A stretch of 63,654 bases of DNA, counting the filler, from Folioceros fuciformis (Eukaryota), in assembly GCA_049999805.1 (NCBI GenBank). It is 14 parts of 14 records of this genome, joined end to end, with 100 filler letters (N's around TTAATTAATTAA, not from the genome) between each part and the next. Parts side by side here need not be neighbours in the genome. Positions count along the whole stretch, not along the records: positions 1 to 11,638 come from JBNGIO010003712.1; 13 more parts are not named here. One strand, written 5' to 3'. The notes under the pieces were generated by a model. It was not told the origin of the DNA. It searched no databases and worked only from the letters and a program-made list of their open reading frames with translations. Made by a program: the position numbers and the translations under genes. Positions 1-11,694 of the stretch are shown piece after piece. Positions within the stretch are counted from its first letter, which is position 1. The number at the start of each line of letters is the position of its first letter.

Positions 1-769
1 GAGGTTCTAGATGAAGGGCACGAAGTGCAGCAATGGTGTCCTCAGTTGCAGATGCAACCAGCTCTGGGCGCAATGCTCTAGCAACTCGAGCATATTCTCC
101 ATCCCTGCCTAACATGAGACACCGCTTGAGATGCGCTTTAAATGGGTCATGGCATACCTTGTCAACCTTAGCTGACTCCAATCAAGATTTTGCTGCTAGT
201 ACATCCTCCTCCTGAAGAGCTTGCCAATCTTCGAATCGAAAACAGCGAAGTCGAGACGCCACCTCCCTATGACCTGACGGACCACCCCTAGAGCGCCGAA
301 GGCACCATCTAGGCAAGANNNNNNNNNNNNNNNNNNNNNNNNNNNNNNNNNNNNNNNNNNNNNNNNNNNNNNNNNNNNNNNNNNNNNNNNNNNNNNNNNN
401 NNNNNNNNNNNNNNNNNNGAATATCATCATGTACGAGCCTAGGGAGACGTTGGAAGAGGCAAGGACATGGAAAACGAGCATGGAAAAGAGCCAACAAGTG
501 ATCAGATTGCCCTCAAAGCCACAACCAAACCTCCAGGGATGGCCTCAGAGGATCTATTAGAAGAGGATTGGTAGCTAGTTCGGAGGAAGAAGCAAGTCGC
601 ACTCGAAGTCCTTATGCTTGTGATCAATATGGCACTTCACCTCCTTGACCCCGGAGCAAAGTTGAGAACACACTGGGCAAGGGGTGTCCTTGACAGGTAA
701 AGGTTGGGTGTCACGCGCCATGTGATAGAGGTATGTAGACATTCTTGTAAAATAATCAAAACCAAACAA
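1..769 (-). mobile_element. 5' part of the ORF of a CRE-like (restriction-like-endonuclease type) non-LTR retrotransposon, decayed
   Basis: Minus strand gives a C2H2 zinc finger (CPVCSQLCSGVKEVKCHIDHKH, ORF 575-769), then LPRWCLRRSRGGPSGHREVASRLRCFRFEDWQAL (~200-318). After a frame change it reads LGRDGEYARVARALRPELVASATEDTIAALRALH (~10-115). These blocks resemble the region upstream of RT in CRE-type elements as I recall it. Stops, frameshifts and an N gap are present; the RT lies outside the window. Confidence 0.55.
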
Positions 770-829
770 TTATACTCCTCATTATAACCCATAACCCTGT
801 AATGCCCTCCGTATGCTCCACTCTAAGCT

Positions 830-1050
830 GCTCAACCCTAGACCCATTTTCTGCATCGTGTAACTAAACCCTAAACCTGTTTAGCTCTGCCATGTCACTA
901 AACCCTAAACCCATTTTTGCTCCATAATGCTAATGAAACCCTAATACATTTTTCTCCACCATGTCACTACACCCTAAACCCACTCCACTCTGCCATGCAG
1001 TTAAACCCTAAACCTATTTTGCTCCATTATGTCGCTAAATCCTAAACGCT
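830..1050. repeat. ~34-bp minisatellite with telomere-like core (TAAACCCTAAACC), ~7 copies
   Basis: Core variants at ~833, 865, 899, 935, 968, 1002 and 1036. The intervening parts resemble each other (e.g. ctctgccatgtcac). Reads as TTTAGGG-like on the minus strand. Confidence 0.8.
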
Positions 1051-1699
1051 CCTCTAATATACCATCACATCGCTCATTCTCCTCTGGCTGTCTTGGGTCA
1101 TGTTCTACAACACTCCTACGTATACGGCCACACCCTTCCACCGTAGTGCACTGCACCGTACTGCTCCACCGTTCCACCCTAGGCCACACTACTCTACCGT
1201 AGTGCACCACACCATACTGCCCCACCGCTCCGCCCTAGGCCACACTGCTTCATCGTCCGCCCTCATTTATAATACAATATTTACACACTTTTAAAATTAC
1301 ACACTTTAATTCTTTACACCTATACGATATGCATGAGCAATTAGTCATCAAGGTCTTCTACCTAATTGACACATGAAAATGAAGTGAACTTGATTTTATT
1401 TCCCATATCACCTCTATAGATAGGCCCTTAGAACTTCATGCTCTTTACATAATGAAAAGCTTGCTTGACGCACATTCAATGGGTATGTCCAAGAAGCGAT
1501 CCTTAAAATGCGGGCTTTGTGAAGCTGCATCCAAAGTAAGATGTACAAGAGGTTGTTGACTACTTCGTTGCAGAGTATTTGTTGCATTTACATTTCTTCC
1601 TTGGGGAATATTTGATGGATTTCAACTTGGTGTATTTGCAAGTTTAGCTTACTACTAAGTTTGTTGAATTATCTGAAGCATAGGTCTACGGATTAGGTT

Positions 1700-2015
1700 T
1701 GTGGATTTATCTCAAGACTAAGTCTATTGACTAGGCTTGTGGATCTATCTCAAGACTAGGTTTATTAAACTAGGTCTAAAGATTTATCTCAAGACCTGGT
1801 TTATTAGACTAGGTTTAAGGATTTATCTCAAGACCAGGTTTACTAAACTAGGTTTAGAGATTTATCTCGAGACCAGGTTTACTAGACTAGGTTTAAAGAT
1901 TTATCTCAAGACCAAGTTTACTAGACTAGGTCTAAAGATTTATCTCAAGATTAGGTTTATTAAACTAGGTTCAAAGATTTATCTCAAGACTAGGTCTATG
2001 GACTAGGTTTGTGGA
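1700..2015. repeat. 39-bp tandem repeat, ~8 diverged copies
   Basis: Unit approx. gatttatctcaagactaggtttattaaactaggtctaaa. It produces the 13-aa periodic pseudo-ORF IYLKTRFxKLGLK (1737-2006). Confidence 0.9.
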
Positions 2016-2039
2016 TTAAGCTTGATTAAAAAGCTTGTA

Positions 2040-5000
2040 AGCTTTTGCTTCATACAAATAATTGATGAAAAGCATCTTGCAACCTTTATCATCTTACTTC
2101 TTATGAGTCTCATCCACGATGGGAGAAAAAGGAGGAATCATAAAAATGCAAAGGTGAGAAACCGTGCCAATTTACTCCTACTCCAATGCTTAAAAAGAAA
2201 TAGTACGAAGCAAATCTTTTGCAAACTATCTATTTTGAAAGTAATTAGTGGTAAATAGGACTTTGACCTAATCGCCTTTGGAAAGGCTAGCCAACTTGAA
2301 CAAGGAACATAAGATTTTGAGCAAAGAATTTGTTAAGATGTTTGGCAAAAGGATTCCAATAGAAGTGTAGGGAATTACTAGTTGATAGAAGGAAGATAAG
2401 AACAAGGCAGAATACCTTTAGATTAACAAAAAGCCTAAAGAGCAATGTTAGTATACCACGCCTTGTTGTCTTCACATGAAGCAATAATATGAAAGCCAAT
2501 GTGACGTTTATTTATGAGGATGAAATCTTATAAAAGGTTTTATCTTTTTGGCATATCTTTGAAAAATATAGTCTTCATAGGGCCATATATATCAAAATAG
2601 ATAACTTGTCTCCAAAAGTCAATAAGTTCGGGTTGGTAATGAGTTACTGAAATGTAACTCATGTAATTTTATGTATTGGTAGATTTTATTAAAAAAGTCC
2701 TTAATATGTACTTTTGAGTTTAACACTACTTAATCTCAATACATGCTAGCGTATCTAAGGTTCCTAGAGTTCATATGTCATGTTGTATAGTGTAAGAGGA
2801 GTGACTCATTTGCTGAACTAGGAAGCCTATTATCTATAAGGAAGGAAGATAAGAACAAGGTATTGAAAAACTATATATGGCTGAAAGATAAACCAATGTT
2901 AAACCAGGAGAGGATCCTTAAAATGTTAAATGATGCAATGATTATCTTAAGCTTGAAATGTGTTAAGCAAGTCGTGTTCAATACTAATTTAAGCAACCAA
3001 AAGTAGACTTATTATCATAATTGGATCTTGCCAAATCCCTCTCTAAATTGTTCAGTTTTATTACAAAGAAGAACATGTTGATGTTGTATAGAGAATATTG
3101 TGATGAATGGAGAATAATTTTTGTAATTGCATATGATTGTATATTGTGGCTCCATAATACAAGAACCTGTTAGTAGTGTTTTTCCTGAAAAGGATGAAGT
3201 TGCTAGCAAGAATTGACGTGGTTAGATTCATTTCTAAGAGCCTTCTTCCTGAATCTCTTACAATCTTTTCTTGGCACTCGTTTTCATATAGTGGCCACGT
3301 ATTGTGCATCAATTTGCACCATTTGATGTATGACCTCTTGTTATATTATCGATTGTATATACATCTATTAGTTAATTGGAGAAAACTAAGTTTGGTTCCC
3401 TAGTTGAATTTGAAGACTTTATAGAAAAAAAAAAAGATGAAAGTTCCATCTCCTCTGTGGCAAGGGGAACAACCCGCAATGAGGAAAAGCCAAGAATGGG
3501 GGGCCTAGCCCTCTCGTACGCCTAACCTATAACTCCCTATCACCTCCAAGATGTCGTATGTAGGTACAAGGTACAGCCTACTTACCACCGGGGTTGCTAC
3601 AGCCGCATCCGCCCGCGCTTGATGTTATCTGAAAAATCACATTTGCCAAGGGCTTTTGTAGCTTTTGTAGCGCAATCGAAACCCATTGTCGGATAAATGC
3701 CACCACGCCCAATAGGGGAAGCCCTATGTCGCTCATGGTGATGTGATGGGCCTTCGCGCAAGTCTTCAAAAACCTGGAAAAATCCTTACCAATGGCTCCG
3801 TGCATTTCAATAGCAAGTAGAATATGAATGGCCTTTATAAGCATTGGATTCTCCTCGCATAGAAGCCATTAGACCAAAAATTTGCTTCCAATTTGATTCT
3901 TTACATAGACGTGCATTTATGACCTTTACTAATATATAGATTTGTGTTACTCCCACTATAGTTGATTAGATGACTTGTCATAACAATAAGTTTCATCAAC
4001 TTAAAAAGGTTATGTACGATGGAAGCAAAAAGAGATCAATAATGCATCAACAACTTGGGGTTCAATGATGCTTGTTCCTTTGGAGGCAAGTTTGGCTTGT
4101 AAGTATAAAGAATATTAATGTATTATTTAACACTTTCAATATCCTTTATTTTTAGAGAGGGGCATCTTATAATGTAACATTGAGCTTTGTGTTTAGAACA
4201 TGTCTTTAAAGGTTTAAATTTTCTAGATTGTAGAAGTGGTCATTGACCTTGGGTGTCTTGGAGCATGTTCTTGTCTATGACCGAGATTAATATGTTGTAT
4301 GTTTTTTTTTCTATTCTTGGACTATGTTACAATTTCATAAGTAGTTGTAGGAAATATTGATGAAGTGGAAAGTTTGGATCAACTTCCATTAGCTATTAAC
4401 ATTAAGTTATGCTCTTCTAAGAGTACACTGATTCACATTTTCCCAATGTCAAAATTGCGTTCAATGGAGTGGTCCAATGGAGTGGTTGTGATCAACAAAA
4501 CTTGATTTAAGTTGTGTTTAATAATGACAATTTGATGAGTGTTTAGGCTAGAACATTCTAATAGTATTTTTGAAGTGTTTTGCTCTTGCAAGTACTATAC
4601 TCAAGTGGATCAAAAGCTAGCATACAACCCAATGATTCTTATAAAAATTGCTTGCCTTTCTCCTCATTTGCTCACCCTCAAAACGTATAGAGTGATGAAA
4701 GCAAACTAATTAATTAGTAGAGTAGGTGTAACCATGTTATCTCTTTATATTACATTCCCTCAAAATGTATGGGGCCTAGGAAGCAATAGTTCAGCAAATT
4801 GTAAGCATGTTAACTCTTTATCATGCTCACCTTAAAATGAAGCGATGGAAGTAGAGGTTTCATATGTCTTCATCTTGCTAGCCCTTCAAGATGTATGAAG
4901 ATGATATTTTGATTAAAGTTATCCCTCTACCTAATCCTACAACACATGTAGGCACATAAATGTTCATTCACCATGTGAGTGTGTCTTTTTCTTTCTTCAT

Positions 5001-5100
5001 GACCTATTTTTCAACAATGTGTCCCCAATCATACTAAAGAGGGTCCGATGGAGGACAATCCTCCACAAGACAGCACCAATTCTCCACTAGGGCGAAATTG
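2040..5100. mobile_element. AT-rich, heavily decayed retroelement remnants (probably Ty1/copia integrase/RT)
   Basis: Minus-strand ~3200-3310 reads HNTWPLYENECQEKIVRDSGRRLLEMNL, a very degenerate echo of copia integrase (PxxNGxAERKNRT...GRxML). No long ORF; AT-rich. Weak call with approximate limits. Confidence 0.3.
3578..3860 (-). mobile_element. 3' end of the restriction-like endonuclease domain of a CRE-like non-LTR retrotransposon
   Basis: ORF 3578-3844: LAIEMHGAIGKDFSRFLKTCA...VAFIRQWVSIALQK...ANVI. This fits the PLAxExxGxxG...F.RQRxSxALQRxxA pattern at the C-terminus of RLE-type elements. Confidence 0.6.
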
Positions 5101-6437
5101 TAGATAAAGCCTTCTCCTTTTCCCTCCATGGTTTGCAACCTTCTTTTTTATTCTTCGATAATGCCTCCTCCTCTTCCCCCCATGGTTTGCAAGCCTTTTT
5201 TTTTCATCTTGGTCTTAAGTTTTAAGAACATGAAGTACTCTTCCATAAGGTTAGTAAAAACATTTTCACCTTGACACTCATAACTTTTTCTCATCTCAAT
5301 ATTTATGCTACAAATACCACGAAAAAATATCTTCAATAATAGAGTCGAACTCTATTTCATTCTATATATGCTGCGCTGCCCAACGCCCAATACCGATTAT
5401 ATAAACGGGGCTAGCAACGTTTATGCAATTTGCAACGTGGGTGAGCGTAGGTGAGTCATTTGTACGGCATTTATGGAAAATCTTGGATATTGGTGAAATC
5501 GCCACGTGCCGACGTCACCGAGCGAATGCATACTTTGACGCGGTGATCCAGGCCATATCATAGCAAGTAGCTACTCATGTACAGTATTTGCGTCGGCTCA
5601 TCCAGAGCAGGCGTGGTACTCTCGTCTTCCTCCGCCAATACGTTCCGTGATCATATGCTGCTGGATGGAAAGGGGATACTGACATTTCTCTCCTGGAGAT
5701 AAATTGGGGCTGGCCAGGCCTGATCATTTCTGCTGTGGGGCTGATCACCGGGGGCACTCTGAGATCATAAGTGCTAAATTATTTCGGTACTGGAAACGTT
5801 GAATTCACTTTCAATTCTGGGAAGTTTCGAAAAGGCGATCAAGCCTATTCGCTGAAGTCAGCCTCCGCAGTTGGTAATGAATTGGTGCTGAGTGTGTGCT
5901 GATTTGATCTCGACAAATTTGCCTCCCACAGTTGTTTGGGCTTGGAGGCAAATTGACGTGTTTATATCATGTTGCCTCAGCTACGGACAGCTCTGGCTGG
6001 CAGAGCTTTCAGGTGACCTGGATGCTAATCTGTCGTTCTACTGTGGTATTGGCTTCGTGATTGCAACAGTGATGTGTGCCTGTTGGGAGCTAGTGAAACG
6101 GCGGTTAAGTTGGCATGCCTCCGTGATAGGTTCTCGGTTCTAGTTTTCGCACTGGTGCTGAAATGAAGCAGAATTGGGTGTGTGAATGTGTGTATGTTTT
6201 TCTTTTTTCGTTCAAAGAGAGTACAAATTGACAAGATTATCCGTGCTGGTGGATAGCAGACTCTGTTCAAGCTCCCTTGGTTATGCTGGAGGATGTTTGA
6301 GGCCACTTGCGGGCTGCTCAGCCCAACAAGTATGTGAATTTCGTGCATGCGATGCAGTAGAGGCGTTGAAGTTGGACTTCATTTCTTCGGAGGGCCAGAC
6401 AATCTCATGTCTTAAGGCGTGCTCTTCTGTGTAACAG

Positions 6438-9095
6438 AGTGTCTTTGGACCTAGGAGGTTTGGAGCGGAAGCTGCTGAAGATGATACTTCCCGCCAGGTT
6501 CGTTGTTGTCGTCTGCCCCTTCTGAAAGTCTCATGGTTGGTACTTGTTTCCAGTTTGGATAGTGGAAGTCTGATGTATCTTGTCAAGGTCCTGGGTTGCT
6601 GTTGCAGTTCAGGGACAGCGTAAAACAATTTGCCGATCAGCACATTGCTCCTCATGCTGCAGAGATTGATTCCTCAAACCATTTCCCTAAGGTAATGCCT
6701 CAAGCTGTCAAAATGTCTTACTTTAATGAAGGGTGCTGAAAGAGTTCTTTGATCTGCAGACTGTGAATCTTTGGAAGCTAATGGGAGACTTCAATCTGCA
6801 TGGCATTACCGCTCCATGTGAGTTGTTCTGTGTCATGAACATCATTTGTTTGGTGGGACAGGTTGTGATTGTCAATTCACGCTTGAATACAAGACTTCAT
6901 GTCGGGTTCATTATTATGTGCAGCTGAGTATGGGGGCATGGATTTGGGCTATGTGTACCACTGCGTGGCTATGGAGGAGATCAGCAGGGCTTCAGCTGCT
7001 GTTGGTCTATCGTATGGAGCCCATACTAATCTCTGCATTAATCAGCTGGTAATAAGTCTGAAGCTGCGAGTGTTGGCTAGGTTTGAAGCAGCTTTTGGCT
7101 TTTGATTTTGTGTTCAGTTTAGAGAATGCGTTGTTATGCCTCACGGAAGTGTGCGGTCCTGACATTCATGTGTAGGTTCGAAACGGCAATTCAGTTCAGA
7201 AGGAGAAGTATTTGGGAAAGGTTGGTTAGTAGTTCTGTAGTCGGGGGTTTTTCTGTAGGTGGGTCAGTCTACAGTTGCCGTCCTGAGGAGATCTCAAGTT
7301 ACAAGTCTGATCAGGATAGGTTTGGGGTGAAATTTTGATTGACTTTTGATGTAATCTGAAACACGTTTGGTGCATGAAGCTAATTGCTGGCGAACATGTG
7401 GGAGCGCTGGCCATGAGTGAAGCAAACTGTGAGAACCCTGAGCAGATCTAGTTCCTCTTGTCGTACTGCAATCCTCCCTATGTTTTCTTATTGATCTGTG
7501 CAATCCACCTTCAGCTGGTTCGGATGTAGTAAGCATGAAGTGCAAAGCTGCACGAACTCAAGGGGGCTATGTGATCAATGGGAACAAGATGTGGTGCACG
7601 AATGGACCTGTTGCCGACACACTGGTATACTGCCTTCACAGAGCATCTTCAAGTTTCACATCGGTTTTAACATTTGGCCAAGTTTCTTAGATCCTGATTT
7701 GGACTGATGTTCTGTTCGGCGCTCTGTAGATAGTCTACGCAAAGACTGATTTGCAGGCAGGAGCGCATGGTATAACGGCGTTTGTCATCGAGAAGGGCAT
7801 GGAAGGGTAACTTATGGTTAGCATAACATATTATGCAAGTTCACATCAACGGAAGCTATTCTAACCGCTGGATCATACAGGTTCAGCACTGCACAAAAAT
7901 TGGACAAGCTTGGAATGCGAGGAAGTGACACGTAAGTGACGATGGACGTGTCTTAGGGCCTGTAGGTTTGTGCAAGATGATTTTGGCTGTAGTCAGTTCG
8001 TTTATCTAATGCATCATGTTGTGCAGCTGTGAGCTGGTGTTTGAAAACTGCTTTGTTCCGGATGAAAATGTTCTCGGGAAAGAAGGCAAAGGTACTTTTG
8101 AATTTCTTTGTCTGGTCTAAACGTCTCCTCATACACGACGTCTGACTTCAAGTCTGATTTCGTGAATGACCTGAAGGTGTGTACATAATGATGTCCGGTC
8201 TGGACTTGGAGAGACTAGTGCTAGCAGCTGGTCCAGTTGGTATCATGCAGGCATGCATGGATGCAGTGCTCCCGTATGTTCGTGAGAGACAGCAGTTTGG
8301 TCGACCTCTTGGTGAATTCCAGCTAATGCAGGTGGTACTCCACCCTTGCAACTTGAAAGTGATTTGGGTCATAAATGAGGTTCTGACTGAAGTTTTACGT
8401 GCTACATGTGACCCAGTTTCTACCTGTTCAATTTTTGCCTGTTGCTATGCTTCAGATGAGTCAGTGGTCGTCTTATCTAATATTCTCTATTTGTGCTGTC
8501 TCTTCGTTTGCAGGGCAAGCTGGCAGACATGTATACCAAGTTGCAGGCCTCAAGGTAGGCCTGTCGGGCAGTGGACAACCAAGATATTTTACCTCATGCT
8601 CTCGCAGAGATAGGTACGAAGGTCAGGAAGTGCACTGGATTCTGACAGACTTCTGTGTGGTCCTTGTTTTGCAGGGCTCTAGTCTACTCTGTAGCAGCTG
8701 ATTGTGATGCAGGACGCGTTGACAGAAAGGTGTGTTTTAGTTAGCACTCTGTGCTCCCCTGACAAACGTGCTCTCGAATAAGACCTGCTTTTCTTGCTTG
8801 ATGTAGGACTGTGCTGCAGCTATCCTTTTCGCGGCAGAAAATGCAACCCAAAACGCATTGCAGGTACGTTTCTCTGGGCTCAAACCTCCTCATGCAGCAA
8901 GAGCTGGTTGATACTGAAGTAGGGATGTGAAAATCGGTCCAGGCCATCCAATGCTTGGGAGGCAACGGATACATGAACGAGTATTCGACGGGCAGACTTC
9001 TTCGCGATGCAAAGCTGTACGAAATTGGAGCCGGCACAAGTGAAATACGTAGGATGATAATTGGACGCCAACTATTCGAAGTGGGGATGAATTGA
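6438..9095 (+). CDS. IVD: Isovaleryl-CoA dehydrogenase, mitochondrial (multi-exon; targeting-peptide exons probably further upstream, ~6070-6330)
   Basis: GT-AG spliced exons give [141 protein letters not shown]-like [15 protein letters not shown], and [45 protein letters not shown] at 9093-9095. Start codon not resolved. Confidence 0.93.
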
Positions 9096-9296
9096 TTCCT
9101 GCAGCAAATTATAAATCAGAAAGGAAGGTTCTTTGGATGGTGGTCTTTTCTCTGTAATCCCCCATGGCTGCAAGGCCTCGGGCGATTGCAAGCCTTCTCG
9201 ATGTGCCAGAGCAAAATCCGTGTTTGATGTATGGGAAATAGACGCATTTTACTGGTTTCATGTGCTTGCACGCGTGGCGTATCCTAAGTTGATGCC

Positions 9297-10655
9297 ATGG
9301 CCACTCGCACCAACTTCTACAAGAACACTGCGTACTCCTACGCACAGGAATTTGACCTGACCTCTACCATTGAAAATCTTGAGAACTACAACATCGCCAC
9401 CGGAGCTGCGTCGATTCCAAGGTTGGATGCATCTGGAAGGGAAGTGAGGAGCGGAAGAGAGCGATTCATTGCGCAGGGGAGCGCGAAGAGGCAAAAGTTT
9501 GAGTCCAAGGACACCAGACCACCCATTGACGAACCTCCCGCAGTGGTATCGCACGAAGAGTACGTTGAGCAAGCCAGGACGAGGTTGCGGGAGACCAGGT
9601 CGCTGCGCAGAACTGAAGGAAGTGATGGAGAAGCTTATGTTTCGGGCGGGAATGAGAGAGTAGAGGGGAGATTAGGGGGGAGAGTCTCGCCTGAACACAG
9701 GGCCGACGAGGACGAGTCGGCAGGGAGGGATAGGTATACGAGCAGTGGCGTATTGAAACGGAGGACGGATCAGCGGTTCGCAGGTCCTGGAGAGCCTGTC
9801 TGTGTGGTTTGTGGAAGGTACGGTGAATATGTTTGTGCAGAGACGGACGAAGATGTATGCAGCGCGGAGTGTAAGGATGAGCATCTACAAGTGCGGGCGG
9901 ACGCAGAAGTTGAAAGTCTGGCAGGTAGTGGAAACTCTTTCACGGTCCCTACTCTGCATGCAGAAGCTTTGCAACCACTGGAGCTGGAAGCGAGTGGTGG
10001 GGAGAACGTTGACCATTGGGAGGGCATCATACAGAGCAGTCTCTCCACTTACCGATGCTGGAAATGCATGCGACCTGGTCACCTAGCCATTGATTGCACA
10101 GCGGCGGCTAGACTTCCACCACCGTTTGCTGCTCAACCAACAGCTCAGAACAGTCGAGGACAGCAGGATGACTATGAGCACACCCGCAGGAGGGACTTGT
10201 CCAAGCTCTACAAGCGATGCAAGGAGATAACGTCAGCATCCCTTTCAGCAAAGTGTAGCTTGTGCACGGAGACAGCAAATTTAGGGTTTTGCTTGGAATG
10301 CTCCAGCATTTTGTGTGACAGTGCTGGTCACCTTGCTCGGCATGCACTGGAAAACCCGTGGCACAGGCAATACTATTCGTACAAACTGCAACGGCTCATC
10401 AAGTGCTCTAAGGGGACCTGCCCTGTGACGGATATAGGGGAGCTCTTCCCATGCAGCTACTGTATGAGCAAGGCCTTCGACAAAAATTACAACATGTACC
10501 AAGCCAGTTGGAATCCAAGAGGGTTGAAAATCATCTACAACTCCATCTGCTGTGAGGATCACTTCGAGTGGCACCGCATGAACTGTCCCAGCGCTGCCAC
10601 TGTGGAAATTGGTTTGGACCTTGGCAGCAAACATCTAACGGAGCTCCTCTTCTGA
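9297..10655 (+). CDS. Intronless 452-aa multi-zinc-finger protein (HIT-type ZnF, CCHC knuckle, further Cys/His clusters), function unknown
   Basis: Uninterrupted ORF with gccATGG start context. Contains CVVCGRYGEYVCAETDEDVCSAEC (zf-HIT-like), CWKCMRPGHLAIDC (CCHC), CSLC...CLECSSILCDSAGHLARH and a C-terminal CCEDHFEWHRMNC. Confidence 0.85.
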   Translation: MATRTNFYKNTAYSYAQEFDLTSTIENLENYNIATGAASIPRLDASGREVRSGRERFIAQGSAKRQKFESKDTRPPIDEPPAVVSHEEYVEQARTRLRETRSLRRTEGSDGEAYVSGGNERVEGRLGGRVSPEHRADEDESAGRDRYTSSGVLKRRTDQRFAGPGEPVCVVCGRYGEYVCAETDEDVCSAECKDEHLQVRADAEVESLAGSGNSFTVPTLHAEALQPLELEASGGENVDHWEGIIQSSLSTYRCWKCMRPGHLAIDCTAAARLPPPFAAQPTAQNSRGQQDDYEHTRRRDLSKLYKRCKEITSASLSAKCSLCTETANLGFCLECSSILCDSAGHLARHALENPWHRQYYSYKLQRLIKCSKGTCPVTDIGELFPCSYCMSKAFDKNYNMYQASWNPRGLKIIYNSICCEDHFEWHRMNCPSAATVEIGLDLGSKHLTELLF

Positions 10656-11682
10656 AACCTCTCTGCACGTCGGGGAGCTCGAAACTCCCTCAGGCTGTTG
10701 CTGGCAGTCATTTAGCATTACCCAATGTCTTGCAGATATCATGTCAGCGAGCTCAGTGAATGACATGAATCTGCAGAATCTCGTCGCATGAGGCTGCCAC
10801 GGTGCAGGACTTCTGAACTCTCTGTCTTGCTAAACCCGAATTAGTCCCCAATTCCCAAAGCGATTCACTACCATTCGAAGCCACTTCTTTCAGGGAACCA
10901 GTCCGTCCTGCAGGCAGCTGTAATTTTTCAAGATGTGTATAAGGGCAAAGTGTTATTTTCCCGGGTAATGACACAAAGATGATACCGTTGGCCCACTGGC
11001 TTTCTGGCTTTCAACACAAGCAAGCTGGCCCAGCGTGCCTTCATCATAGCAACCCTCGTAGCGTCACATAACTATTACAACTGACGTGAGTGAGAATATT
11101 CATTGTGTAAAATCATTATGATAAGTAGAATAAGTTTGTCAACTAAAATAATAATATCTAAAAAATATTCAAAAGTTATATTTTTGGAATATTATTACAT
11201 AGTTGTTGATCATCTTAATATCACTTAGTATTTATACTGGTCTTTATAAGACTTGATATTTTGTATAATAATTTACCTATATTAATATTTTAGTGATGAT
11301 TTGATTATATCACTCATGTTATAATGTTACGCTAATTTCTCATTGGTATAATATCATTTTAATAATATAAATATTACAGATTATTATTGGTCTAAATTCA
11401 TAGGGTTTCTTACAACCAATTGACTCATGCTCATTTGATTGCTAAATGATTATGACGGTTTACTCATGTTCATTTAATTGCTAGATAGTTATGAAATCTT
11501 TGAAACTTACAATTAGTCCACAAACACAACACAAAAAATCAATCATCTAGCAATATCAAGGATAATGAGTAGACAATGGAGATGTAAGTTGATCATAGCA
11601 ATATGTCTAGGCCTTCAAGAATTGGCAAATGGGTATCCNNNNNNNNNNNNNNNNNNNNNNNNNNNNNNNNNNNNNNNNNNNN

Positions 11683-11694
11683 TTAATTAATTAA
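11683..11694. other. Artificial six-frame-stop contig linker TTAATTAATTAA inside N runs (first of 13)
   Basis: The same 12-mer flanked by ~44 N on each side occurs at 11683, 16884, 20672, 24220, 27922, 37224, 39987, 42381, 44569, 45818, 51638, 59035 and 60986. Confidence 0.97.

Noticed and set aside
830-1050. CRISPR-like array (conserved core plus variable spacer)
   Set aside because: The core is only ~13 nt, the 'spacers' resemble each other, there are no cas genes and the context is eukaryotic. It is a minisatellite.
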